Below are positions 48,501 through 56,145 of a stretch of 59,210 nt of DNA, one piece after another (position 1 is the stretch's first letter; the number at the start of each line of letters is the position of its first letter). The notes below the pieces were generated by a model, which made no database searches, was not told the DNA's origin, and worked only from the letters and a program-made list of their open reading frames with translations. The translations under genes and the position numbers were made by a program. This DNA comes from a virus (lineage: Duplodnaviria; Caudoviricetes), in the IMG/VR virus record IMGVR_UViG_3300030107_003333, positions 1-59,210 of that record; one strand, 5' to 3'.

Positions 48501-48838
48501 TTACAGACACATCTATAGAACTAGTTGGACAGATTAGTGGATTAAAGCCATATACAGTAGATGTAGCAGAAGCTTTTGGATATAAGATGGCGAGATATAA
48601 GGTTAGGATAGCTAATGCTCGTAAACTTAAATACGAGGATGTAAATGAAGCCAACAAAGCCCTACAAGGAATTTATCAAGAGATATATGAGGATGCAGAA
48701 GCTGCTCAGGCGTTAGGAGTAACCTTTAAAGATTTAAGAGAAGTAATGATGCAATGGGGTGGGTTAGGAAAACAAACCTCAAAAGACATATTATTAAACA
48801 GATATAGACCCTTAACAATAGAAAGAAGAAATGAGTAA
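42548..48838 (+). CDS. Giant ejection / polyvalent virion protein
   Basis: 2096 aa, helical, hydrophobic Gly/Ala segments, last large late gene. Confidence 0.65.
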   Translation: MNGVTLQNPFQTSQDPQDKRQYDFDQSLEALLAQNHSPDKIVKIMGSAGFDPYDVASSINKRYDDQRRQMFNDHKQLQDQLKAEKEAYDNILKKKDIALEQDGEQSVFGLDLSLSPDDQAKAYYDGLSNDQKWDQFGILSKSLALDKIKTDVLPTLTPPEPVNPPLTSELAVDNNLAALNLIDNTALEVYSDYTAASKLKTAIANNDTKEIISLINYFNAQKRLTEFPTEEASSVWDYMQNLGWSVVSPVTSYVLPERDQDPEPFSQDFLKNLDFEVDKILKESSNAQSNVMNMINDFNYRNNIPMQYNPSSEMDYNIFLRNSVNRSLTRAEEEEASLNEFIYSELTEDERKDPVKRKEAEDYYYGTIPDTFFGNLLAADRARGTWGEWWDTWQNNFGLALNPIVAETWGEDMGEVMKNELLEIKRQQDLREYDKKVQLARDFDITPEQLKMPIDQRFSETINGNISMGDFFATTTANTAEIMSDALISSAEFMIPYIGPAVMGLDIYSQTYADVVANQPHISPQEAMMTSAPKAVFEVLINKLMFAKGIGSVGALKDVAANLGAKETIKQVGKRAAVERGLLGNAFTKYLLPEAMEEGIVSITNQTIDAVADVAQGRAVRDLNTYEVSDAFWAGMVGAVGPASVATFTSNLGHTRTMDDRLKTVEGINDLKSQISSETNPDIKSNKVALLHDEIKKMKILATDEAAYYSALNPEEVRSIMSINQELSQTRDILKRGRYFTDEVVEESDIEGLENRMQDLYKEKANIENEAIRRAEAEMRAQERSNIVNNEDAAKRNETRTGTKADIEKAAEEASERERTIDDDIEDARRGDVEAQEKLKKYGIEWEYTPVYRFISESEVEALKKGKTIKGKNPKFGADVTIDPEGEGAGATTTEYRVTFKEDGFDNKKTGSRVRMKNKQDGWVSEGYSMDDVAKIEKKSADGTWETVYEADAPTTDAIDKPQQKTSYNTILESEVSKSALKSILLSIRKSYPNSYAVDLLSDVIKEKPIDDFNYDYLNDENLTYQSVIDMLVSEEIFNTTREAVDKLSIIGKGIVMKDIAGKSVDKATAQEQTEVKPTETVEKDYDTVIKDYMNSVEDLELFYEELIVRDSPKMESRSQMSVVINGYEDFMDLWAAITGNGKLPSAMQNIYFIKDDKRYNVNPPSPKLDEDGNVIDMPLKKTLRDYLLQKAAEEELTTPKEDVSEEDVELPKELTEEIDQGIFEKYTGENPFLKGLNLAERVRKKYFRSQKLLPKTVSRLLELEGGALAAHFKDVESSFKDFWKMYDAYKGDKEALLEDYDAALRGDVEALDRLPEEFAIHLKKVRNQIDGLSQEAIDVGVWDLSTEEGRKTARTVKDKLGKYLTRSFEIFDNDNWANEVSDKVVVAAKNLIRQQIKDAAKLEYESDPALKEKFETFEDYLTDRVDGLVNELLTKETAKGYIKGKALLGKGSDISKKLKDIPAEIRALMGEYADPMKNYAKSILKLASAVEGTKTMQKVREAGLGKWLFENPTGQFVSQIAAEGSETMRPLNGLYTTPEIAEAIKEVPQTKSALVELYIKHVSSRVKWAKTIGSVATHMKNILGNLGFMWANGHTDISQMGIAFKTIKNDIQNRGDEALRERLKEYIQLGLVNQNVAIREINDMFSSENFENAMMDNLNSQRTSKKAKQAKGVVKGIKRQLLDTKSVILPAKFEQMLDDLYQAEDDFFKIVAFEIERNRYADALFGKPYEKLTPEEKKALNEYIVDKIVKQTYPSYDRVPTAVRAPSQIWLGNFVSFVAESYRVSYNTLSLSAQEMASDNPKLKKIGMKRLAGALSYVSAKSGLVAGFGTLAGVGAMGIMGAFTDDEEEKRKRKATKNFVAPWSKDSDLLYYRVGDGKFSYIDLSASDPYGQISRVVNATVGSGEGVESMIDGLVVALSPFVDPDIGTRRLMNIIYNQDDYGKQIYNPEDPMVDQIADITAAFYEVIELGSVTSMRKIWNAEGFTDTSIELVGQISGLKPYTVDVAEAFGYKMARYKVRIANARKLKYEDVNEANKALQGIYQEIYEDAEAAQALGVTFKDLREVMMQWGGLGKQTSKDILLNRYRPLTIERRNE

Positions 48839-49268
48839 AAAGAAAATAAAAGACACCAAGCTTGGATCTTGGTTAGCAGAAAAAGCGCCGCAGGTGCTTG
48901 GCGTAGTAGGTGATTTATTGCCAGACAGCGGAGGCTTAGGTATAGTAAAAAACCTTATTGACACTGATGATAGTGTTGACTCTGAGGAGGCTCAACGTGT
49001 AATCGACGCAGAGGTTAGATTCCAAGAAAACGTCACAGAGCGTTGGAAAGCTGATATGGGTAGTGATGTTAAACTAGCTAAGTTAATACGCCCAGTGACG
49101 CTTATATGCCTTATGGGGATGTTTATGATAACTATGTTTATAGACAGCATGGATAACGTAGCATTTAACGTAAAAGATTCTTACGTTTCTTTGCTTGAAT
49201 TGCTAATGCTTACTGCCTTTGGCGCATACTTTGCTGGTAGAACTATAGAGAAAAAAGCAAGTAAATAA
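48831..49268 (+). CDS. Holin (3TM/GTA-type holin-like)
   Basis: ERWKADMGSD..L.K.IRP, two TM helices, AYFAGRTIEK. Confidence 0.75.
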   Translation: MSKKKIKDTKLGSWLAEKAPQVLGVVGDLLPDSGGLGIVKNLIDTDDSVDSEEAQRVIDAEVRFQENVTERWKADMGSDVKLAKLIRPVTLICLMGMFMITMFIDSMDNVAFNVKDSYVSLLELLMLTAFGAYFAGRTIEKKASK

Positions 49269-49273
49269 TTTGC

Positions 49274-49281
49274 TATATTTG
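49274..49281 (+). promoter_or_regulatory. Bacteroidota -7 element
   Basis: TATATTTG upstream of 49301 mini-ORF. Confidence 0.7.
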
Positions 49282-49300
49282 TGGGCTAAATTATCACCTC

Positions 49301-49453
49301 ATGCCTACAGAAAAAAACTACTATAAAGAGCAATTTAAAGCTCCGTCATTTCTTGATCAGAATAAGCTAAAAGAACAAGAACAAAAGATTGAGTCTGGAG
49401 AAATAAAATGCTCGACAGATAGTCATGAAGACTGCGAGGCTTGCGGTGCTTAA
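49301..49453 (+). CDS. 50-aa protein ending in RNR-alpha-like Cys tail (not in ORF track)
   Basis: Hand translation: MPTEKNYYKEQFKAPSFLDQNKLKEQEQKIESGEIKCSTDSHEDCEACGA. Confidence 0.75.
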   Translation: MPTEKNYYKEQFKAPSFLDQNKLKEQEQKIESGEIKCSTDSHEDCEACGA

Positions 49454-50076
49454 TAGCACTCAATAACTTCACTGTACACGCCGTTGTATAGTGTATTAAT
49501 TTTTCGAGATAATTGAGTTACCGTGCCTTCTTTTGTGCGGTGAGTTATTATATTGTATAATGTTTTATACTTAGGGTTATAATGCGATAACTCTTCATGG
49601 CAATCTTTATACTTTTCCTCTAAAGTCTTGTTCCTTAACTCTAAATATTCTACTTGCTGTTCTAACTTTTTTGTCTTTTTATGTAGAGTGCAAATAGTTT
49701 CTTGTAGAGATTGATTAATAGACTCGGCTCTTACAGCATCAGCTCTTTCTAAATCTTCAAGAAATCTTTTCTTGCATAGCAAATACTTTTCTTTCAGTAG
49801 TTTATCGCCTTTAAGAATAAACTTAAAATCTTTATTGTAATGTATTATAGTAGCATGATCTTTACCTATAAATTTACCTATTCTAGAGTAATTATAACCA
49901 CGCTCTCTCATTATATATGAGTACACTCTTCTAGCATCAACATTTTCTCTAACCCTATGTATAGACATCATATCAGACTCAAACACTTCGTCTACTATAG
50001 CTTGTAGGATATTACCATCTCTATCCTTATTATCGTCCAACATTTGAAACCCGTCGACTAATTTAGGTTCTTCCAT
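49450..50076 (-). CDS. DnaA domain IV-like HTH protein with coiled coil
   Basis: VDARR...IGKFIGKDHATIIH resembles the DnaA_C signature IG..FGxRDHTTVxH. Confidence 0.8.
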   Translation of the reverse strand: MEEPKLVDGFQMLDDNKDRDGNILQAIVDEVFESDMMSIHRVRENVDARRVYSYIMRERGYNYSRIGKFIGKDHATIIHYNKDFKFILKGDKLLKEKYLLCKKRFLEDLERADAVRAESINQSLQETICTLHKKTKKLEQQVEYLELRNKTLEEKYKDCHEELSHYNPKYKTLYNIITHRTKEGTVTQLSRKINTLYNGVYSEVIECY

Positions 50077-50100
50077 TATATTTAATTTTTAAAAGGATAG

Positions 50101-50679
50101 CTAAGATACCATAAAGGTCATCAATTTACCAGTTTTAGGATGATTATATTCTAAAAAAGATGCGGGAGCAGCAACCTTTTTGATATCCTCTTCATCCCAA
50201 GGTATGTAAACAAAAGAAGAAAGCTCTGATAAGTCATGAATCGTTACGCTTGTCACTACATCTTTCTTACCCCAAGAAGACCTAGTATAAAGTTTTTTGT
50301 ATGCTTGTTTATAACTATCTACATAATCAATAGATATATTTGATCTACACCAATCTAACCCCTCTTCTCTATCAAATCTAAAAAACCCTGTAGCTTCTTC
50401 TATTTCTACAGCTATCCATGTAGCGTCACCATGCATCCATCCTTTTTCCCCAACTGTGTTTTTAAATTCTAGACATATACTGTCTGGTAATTTCCTACCT
50501 TTAACATCCACACCAAAAGTTTCATTTGGACCGTGCCAAAAATCAACATGCCTGTACCTATCTGTCTTATAATCTGTTTTTACAGCGTCAGGATGAATGG
50601 CCAGCCACCTCTCTTCCGAAGTCTGACCATGATCCCAAGAGTCTTTAAGCTTATCCTCTCGTACTTTCAGTGTACTCAT
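50101..50679 (-). CDS. PD-(D/E)XK-fold protein
   Basis: HVDFW...VDVKG...LEFKN..G.KGW. Confidence 0.6.
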   Translation of the reverse strand: MSTLKVREDKLKDSWDHGQTSEERWLAIHPDAVKTDYKTDRYRHVDFWHGPNETFGVDVKGRKLPDSICLEFKNTVGEKGWMHGDATWIAVEIEEATGFFRFDREEGLDWCRSNISIDYVDSYKQAYKKLYTRSSWGKKDVVTSVTIHDLSELSSFVYIPWDEEDIKKVAAPASFLEYNHPKTGKLMTFMVS

Positions 50680-50872
50680 CTAGTGCAGTTTTAATAATAG
50701 ATAATTCTTCACGAACAACATTAGACACAGCTTCAGTTGAAGAGTTTATTATGTCTGATTCTAAGATGGGTTTACCGTCTTCGTCATGTAAGGATTCGTA
50801 AAGATCATCTATTGCCTCATGCACTCTATCACACGCTAAATGATAAAAAAAAGACAGTTTAGATTTCTCCAT
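50651..50872 (-). CDS. Hypothetical protein
   Basis: 73 aa overlapping both neighbours in operon. Confidence 0.7.
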   Translation of the reverse strand: MEKSKLSFFYHLACDRVHEAIDDLYESLHDEDGKPILESDIINSSTEAVSNVVREELSIIKTALDEYTESTRG

Positions 50873-51308
50873 CTTTAATTGATTGTATTATTTCTTTAAT
50901 GCAATGATCAACTTGACCTTTGTTCTTTGCTAAAAATACAATATAATCATCTTCCAATCCAACTAAATGATTTAAAAAAAGCTTCCAACGCATAGGAAAA
51001 TCGTGATGAGACGGTAAAAAGCCTTTAGTTTCTATAACCCAGTTGTGTTTTTTACCCATAAAATCTGGCTTGTAAGTAATCGGAAGAACAATTGCGTTTG
51101 TTTTATCCGACATCTCTTTTTTCTTTGCCGTCATTTTAAAGTACTTGTTTGGATATCTAAACTTAGGGAGTAGTTCAAAGCTGTGCTGTTCATAATCGAA
51201 AGCCAGCTTGTGTGCTTTTAATTGATCCGCACAATATTTTTCTATTGCGCTAGCGTATTTACCTAATTTCTTTTTATTGGACGACTTCTTCCTTTTGTTT
51301 CTCTTCAT
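50859..51308 (-). CDS. T7 endonuclease I-like resolvase
   Basis: SAIE...YE...YKPDF...IETKG. Confidence 0.75.
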   Translation of the reverse strand: MKRNKRKKSSNKKKLGKYASAIEKYCADQLKAHKLAFDYEQHSFELLPKFRYPNKYFKMTAKKKEMSDKTNAIVLPITYKPDFMGKKHNWVIETKGFLPSHHDFPMRWKLFLNHLVGLEDDYIVFLAKNKGQVDHCIKEIIQSIKDGEI

Positions 51309-53103
51309 TATTTAAGAAATTAAAGTTTAAGGGTATTGCCGTATCTGTATGAATATCAATAGGTTTGAATAGTTCACTTCTACCTATCCATGAGATAAAG
51401 CCTGTATGTCCGCTGTTCATCACTAATCTATATGGATCGTCTAACGGAGTAGGCTGTCCTCCTGTTTCTACCTCTCTAACTTTTCGAACATGTATCTCGC
51501 TCATTTTCCGTATGTTATGGTCTGGTGACTGAACCTTTCGATGAACTGTGATAAAGCAGTCTGCTCTGTTTACAAACTTTCCTCCGCCTTCTGTGTCTTC
51601 TGCGTATGGAGCTACAGGTAGTCCATCATCTCCTTTACGTCGTTGAGCTTCTGTTACGGCATGCATGTTTAACCACACAGCTATGTTTGTCGCTTTACTA
51701 AAGGTTAAAAATTCACTAGCGGCTTCGTAATGATAATCATGCGTACTTATTCCATTTTTACCCATATCTAATCTTAAGCTATTGTAAGGATCAATAAAAA
51801 CAGCATCAATGGGTTTTTGCTTCATAATTTTTTCAATAAAAATTAAAAGATCTGAATAGCTATACACCTGATTGTTATTGATGATAGTGAAGTGTTCTTC
51901 AACCCACTTGTAAGATTTTTTGCGCTGCATATAGGTCATATCTTCAACCCTTCTATTTACGCCAAATTGCATCAAAGTCATTTTTACCGATGCGGTTCTG
52001 TTTTCAGAAGAATATATAACCCACTTCCAGTCATGTCTAATGGTTGCATTAACAATCATATACAAAGCTGTCGTAGTTTTACCTACGTTAGAGTGACCGT
52101 TTATTATTAGGAACTCTTTTTTATATCTAAAGTATTCATCTAGGGCTGCATCTCCTGTGTCAAGGCCTATTTCTATCTTACCCTGAGCAAAATCATCAAT
52201 CCACCTAAAATCCTCATCATCAGATGAGATGAACGACATATCCCCATCGTTAATTAGTATTTCTCTTCGTGCAGCTTTTTCGTTTTCGATGATATCTCTG
52301 ATGGGCATGGTCTTCCCCTTTTCAATGCCGTCACGAATTGCTGTCTTAGCCGACTCTTCTGAGTCAATGTCTCTCTTGTTTATTTCTCTAAGAAGTATTC
52401 TAATAACCTCTTCTTCCTCCATCCTACCAGCGGATATATACCCACCACAAAGAGTAGACGCTTTGATAAGAGCGTTGTGTTTATCGCCATCGTGAGCATT
52501 ACGTATCATACGAGCCGCTAAGTTTAGCTTCATATAATCCGTGTAATCGTAAGCTTCGTTTGTAGTAGTCTGAGCTTCAGCCATTTCGCTGGTAAATGCC
52601 CCAAACTTTCTTGCGTTATCCTTTATAACTATTTCAGGATCATAGGACTCAAAGCAGGCTCTAGATTCATTAATACCAGACTCATCAAGTTCAAGTCCGT
52701 ATTGCTTTTGAAAATATTTTATTAAAGCTCTGAAGTGATCCCTATGCCTTTCGGGATTTGTTATTTGAACTAATGCTTTTATACCATCTCCAGATGGAGA
52801 CACCCAACATGCAGAAATATATTCGTCAGTACTAAGGGCTGTCTTAACTGTATCTACCTCAACGTGATCGAAGTCTAATACTATATGACCACTATGCTCA
52901 AATAATGCTTCGTCACTTCTTTTTGAAAACTCTCCGCTAAATAATACTACAGGGAGGGACAGCTTTTTATTCTTGTCGCCATTCCGTATTTCAGTTATAG
53001 TCGATGATGACTTCCCCTGCTGTATGCGTCGTAGGGCTGTTTTTAGCGTTATGTGATGAGGATTCTCCTTTTCGTATACATTCTTGAATATAGTTACTTT
53101 CAT
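51274..53103 (-). CDS. Primase-helicase (BT4734/VirE-N-like N-terminus + DnaB-like helicase)
   Basis: KLSLP..LFSG.F, LDFDH, SPSGDGIK, RACFESYDP; Walker A GHSNVGKTT, FIDPYN, KVR. Confidence 0.85.
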   Translation of the reverse strand: MKVTIFKNVYEKENPHHITLKTALRRIQQGKSSSTITEIRNGDKNKKLSLPVVLFSGEFSKRSDEALFEHSGHIVLDFDHVEVDTVKTALSTDEYISACWVSPSGDGIKALVQITNPERHRDHFRALIKYFQKQYGLELDESGINESRACFESYDPEIVIKDNARKFGAFTSEMAEAQTTTNEAYDYTDYMKLNLAARMIRNAHDGDKHNALIKASTLCGGYISAGRMEEEEVIRILLREINKRDIDSEESAKTAIRDGIEKGKTMPIRDIIENEKAARREILINDGDMSFISSDDEDFRWIDDFAQGKIEIGLDTGDAALDEYFRYKKEFLIINGHSNVGKTTTALYMIVNATIRHDWKWVIYSSENRTASVKMTLMQFGVNRRVEDMTYMQRKKSYKWVEEHFTIINNNQVYSYSDLLIFIEKIMKQKPIDAVFIDPYNSLRLDMGKNGISTHDYHYEAASEFLTFSKATNIAVWLNMHAVTEAQRRKGDDGLPVAPYAEDTEGGGKFVNRADCFITVHRKVQSPDHNIRKMSEIHVRKVREVETGGQPTPLDDPYRLVMNSGHTGFISWIGRSELFKPIDIHTDTAIPLNFNFLNNEEKQKEEVVQ

Positions 53104-53356
53104 TATCTTTTGCAATCATTAAAAGGATTAGGTATCCAGCTAAATCCATAACCGTATCCTCTGTTTCGTCATTTATACCTTTGTTCTCAATCCTCTTAAG
53201 TTTGTCGTCTATCCTTATTTTGATAGCCTCCACAGAAGAAAGATGGGAAAATATATTTGCTGGTATAAGAGCTGAATCCCCGTAAGCATCATTCTTTTTT
53301 ATAAGTAGCTTCTTAAGCTCAGCGCACTTGAATTGTATTTTCTCCTTTGTGTTCAT
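52991..53356 (-). CDS. Nucleotide-modification-associated domain 1 (DUF1599, MazG-like)
   Basis: KKNDAYGDS...RIDDKLKRI...EDTVMDLAGYLIL. Confidence 0.8.
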   Translation of the reverse strand: MNTKEKIQFKCAELKKLLIKKNDAYGDSALIPANIFSHLSSVEAIKIRIDDKLKRIENKGINDETEDTVMDLAGYLILLMIAKDNESNYIQECIRKGESSSHNAKNSPTTHTAGEVIIDYN

Positions 53357-53588
53357 CTAGCGTTATTTGTGATCGTGATAACTCCACACAATCTAATATC
53401 TCACGTATGATAATTTCTTTATTTTTCGCTTTTGGTGTAAAGTATTTATCACGTAAGCGGTTCATAGCTCTTTTATCGTAACGCATGATATCAGATGGCG
53501 TGTCAAATACTGTAACTATGTACTCAACACGCTCATGTACAACCTTCCGTTTCTTGAAGGCGACACGAGCGTGTAAGTATTTAATCAT
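53319..53588 (-). CDS. Basic hypothetical protein
   Basis: Probable start MIKYL; in operon. Confidence 0.6.
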   Translation of the reverse strand: MIKYLHARVAFKKRKVVHERVEYIVTVFDTPSDIMRYDKRAMNRLRDKYFTPKAKNKEIIIREILDCVELSRSQITLDEHKGENTIQVR

Positions 53589-53592
53589 AGGT

Positions 53593-53898
53593 TTAGAATG
53601 GCATGTCATCTGCTACTTCTTCAGTAGCTGCCTGCTTAGCTGCACGTTTTTCTTTAGCAGCAGCACTATTAGGATCAAAACAACGACAGCAAGGCTTACC
53701 GTTCTTTGACATAAACATAGTCAAATAGATGTTACCACCCTGACCTTGTTCGTTACGCTGTGTTGCGTATTTTTCAATCATTTCTTTAAGTTCATGATCT
53801 TTGAAACGCACGCTCCAACTCATTAACTCTCCCGCATCATTGTGACGGGGCTCTTCAGCGTAACCTACTAGGACGCTATCGTATTTAACTTCACTCAT
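53593..53898 (-). CDS. Single-stranded DNA-binding protein (putative)
   Basis: Acidic C-terminal tip DDMPF; next to recombination genes. Confidence 0.65.
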   Translation of the reverse strand: MSEVKYDSVLVGYAEEPRHNDAGELMSWSVRFKDHELKEMIEKYATQRNEQGQGGNIYLTMFMSKNGKPCCRCFDPNSAAAKEKRAAKQAATEEVADDMPF

Positions 53899-53940
53899 TT
53901 TATAATATAATTTAAGAGATTAATAAACGTAAACTGTATA

Positions 53941-53948
53941 CAAAGGTA
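53941..53948 (-). promoter_or_regulatory. Bacteroidota -7 element
   Basis: TACCTTTG on - strand upstream of SSB. Confidence 0.6.
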
Positions 53949-53994
53949 TAGACCTATAAACATTAAAACAACCTTAATTGTGTTTTTATTTTTT

Positions 53995-54756
53995 TTAGAC
54001 AGTAAATTCTGCATAGTGATTTTGTGTTGGTGCGCCCTCGACTAACCATTGTTTGATATTGCCGACAGCTTCATTAAACTTCATTTCTCCTTTGAATAGT
54101 GTTTCGTCAGAACACTTAACTAAGGCTGGATAAAATGGGTAAGCTTTTTCTTGAACTACCCAATAGTAATCTTTAATTCCAAAGACAGTTGTATATATGT
54201 ATGCTTGGATGTCATAACTCCAGCTGTTCACATCATAACGGAACTTACTCACGCTACGTGAACTTTTACTATCTGTTATAAAGCCATCTCCCAAGCAATC
54301 AAGAAACCCTTTAACAGGGACTCCATCAATTTCTTCATTAAATTCTACTTGGTATTCTCCTGATAGATAGCTACTTAACAATCCACAGGCTTCTAACCTG
54401 TCGATCATTTCGCTTGCTTTTTTCCAGTCTTCTTGCGTGACGAGCGTTTTTCCTTCATTCTTTTCAGCAATTTCTGTCTTCCACTCTCGGTAGCGTTTAG
54501 TATTCCTAGGATATTTGCCACCAATATCGGCGACAATATCGCCATCATCCAAACGATAAAATAAATCATCTAATTTTTCTGGTTCAAACAGCATCATGTC
54601 GTAAAGGCTACCAAATGTCAATGCATCTGACTCTTTCTTAAGTTGCCCCCTCATGTACATCTCCCAGAGACGCATGTCTCCTAGAGCGTACTTGATAGAG
54701 GAATAAGAAAGGTGACCTTTACCTACAGATTCTGTTAATTGTTTTCGTAATGTCAT
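53995..54756 (-). CDS. RecE/exonuclease VIII-like PD-(D/E)XK exonuclease (DUF3799-like)
   Basis: LSYSSIK, KGFLD...DSKSS, YDIQAYIY. Confidence 0.8.
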   Translation of the reverse strand: MTLRKQLTESVGKGHLSYSSIKYALGDMRLWEMYMRGQLKKESDALTFGSLYDMMLFEPEKLDDLFYRLDDGDIVADIGGKYPRNTKRYREWKTEIAEKNEGKTLVTQEDWKKASEMIDRLEACGLLSSYLSGEYQVEFNEEIDGVPVKGFLDCLGDGFITDSKSSRSVSKFRYDVNSWSYDIQAYIYTTVFGIKDYYWVVQEKAYPFYPALVKCSDETLFKGEMKFNEAVGNIKQWLVEGAPTQNHYAEFTV

Positions 54757-55142
54757 GCTTTTTTAGTTAATTTGTAATAAGCGTTTATTGCTTGGTTATA
54801 TTCTCCTGTAAGAATCTTTTTAAGAGATCTTAATGGTAGCTTACACCATTGCTTATATCCTTTATATCTAGTTTTCATAGAGGGTAGAGCAACGTATACT
54901 TTTTCCTCATCGTTGATATCTACTAGTACAATTCCAGATGTAGGTTCGTTGCTTAAATCAATTTTCCATTTCAGAAGTCGTTCTATATTTTTGAACTTTT
55001 TACGCTCTGAATTTTGTTTTTTATAGCAACCACAACCCCATGAACTGTCATGAACGCAACTTATGTAGTCGTTCGACCATAGGTATTCATAACCTCCTTT
55101 AGATTTTATGTACTCATACCACTCTAAACTAGAGGATATCAT
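54753..55142 (-). CDS. Hypothetical protein
   Basis: 129 aa with ATGA overlaps on both sides. Confidence 0.7.
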   Translation of the reverse strand: MISSSLEWYEYIKSKGGYEYLWSNDYISCVHDSSWGCGCYKKQNSERKKFKNIERLLKWKIDLSNEPTSGIVLVDINDEEKVYVALPSMKTRYKGYKQWCKLPLRSLKKILTGEYNQAINAYYKLTKKA

Positions 55143-55669
55143 CGCACAAACTTCTTAAGTCCAGCTACTTGCTTTTCAGTAAGCTGATCACCATACTTAG
55201 CTACAATAGCATCAAAAGCTTTTGCTTTATCTGTAGAAGATTTGATATAGCCAACAGCTTTATCCATAATATTTTCAACAGGAGCAGATGATGATAGTGA
55301 TGAATTACCTTCTTGCTTAGCAATAGCATCTTGGACCTCATTAGCTGATGCGATAGACGTATCTATACCAATACCCATCATTGCTAACGCTCTACCAACA
55401 GCAGATGTTTCACAATTTTCGACATAGCTTGTTTTGTTGATATGGCTAGCTGATTTTTCTTCGTGAGCATGGCCGACAGCTATAACACGTTGGTTTGGAT
55501 CAGCTATAATAGCTTTACATACACACATTTCTGAATCTAGTGCTGTAAATTCAGTTGATATTGTCCAGTTTTTGTACTCATCCTCCTGACGGAAGAACTT
55601 AATACGTTCATTTACCTCAACGTACTGTTTGCCACGTATGTTCGTGGTCTTGAATTTATAATTACTCAT
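55139..55669 (-). CDS. ssDNA annealing protein (Rad52/Sak-like)
   Basis: GKQYVEVNERI...ENCETSAVGRAL..GIG. Confidence 0.7.
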   Translation of the reverse strand: MSNYKFKTTNIRGKQYVEVNERIKFFRQEDEYKNWTISTEFTALDSEMCVCKAIIADPNQRVIAVGHAHEEKSASHINKTSYVENCETSAVGRALAMMGIGIDTSIASANEVQDAIAKQEGNSSLSSSAPVENIMDKAVGYIKSSTDKAKAFDAIVAKYGDQLTEKQVAGLKKFVR

Positions 55670-55687
55670 AATTTAATTTAATTGTTA

Positions 55688-55695
55688 CAAATTTA
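55688..55695 (-). promoter_or_regulatory. Bacteroidota -7 element
   Basis: TAAATTTG on - strand upstream of SSAP. Confidence 0.6.
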
Positions 55696-56051
55696 GTTAA
55701 TAAAGTGTTAAAAACCATAATTTTTCGCCTCTTTGTATAGCTCGTGCATAGATTTTTCAAACTGCTTAGGTGTTTGGTGTATGTCTCTGCATATAGCTAC
55801 AAATCTATTAACCAAATGCATAGCGTCTAGGTGTTCGCTTTTTAATTGAAGCGAAGTGTTAAGTATTTTTTCTTTTGTTTTACTCATGGTTTGTTGTTTT
55901 GATAAGTTAAATAAATGGCTGCGATTATATAGCACAGCGCTATCGGTATTAGTATATTCATATCTATTAAATTAAATGACAAGAAAGGAGGACTTGTGTT
56001 ACCTGTTTAGTTGTTAATAAAAAGTTTGCCCCCTCCCTTATCAAGATGTTG

Positions 56052-56145
56052 TGTGAGTAAGAGGGATCGAACCTCAATACATAACCAATAAAAGTAGTCA
56101 GATCTAGTAGGTACATCACAACCTAGCGATCTTCCAGACACTCAC
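56052..56145 (-). ncRNA. tRNA-like RNA (acceptor stem + T arm, non-canonical middle)
   Basis: GTGAGTG/TACTCAC 7-bp stem; GAGG-TTCGATC-CCTC T arm; no standard D/anticodon arms; no encoded CCA. Confidence 0.55.

Noticed and set aside
53995-54756. Cas4 as part of a CRISPR system
   Set aside because: No Fe-S Cys cluster; sits with SSAP and SSB, so a recombination exonuclease.
55986-56039. AAGGAGG...CCTCCCTT hairpin as a separate ncRNA
   Set aside because: Short imperfect stem with a large AT-rich loop; too weak to call.
56052-56145. Canonical or selenocysteine tRNA call
   Set aside because: No proper D arm or 7-nt anticodon loop, no UCA anticodon; kept only as tRNA-like.
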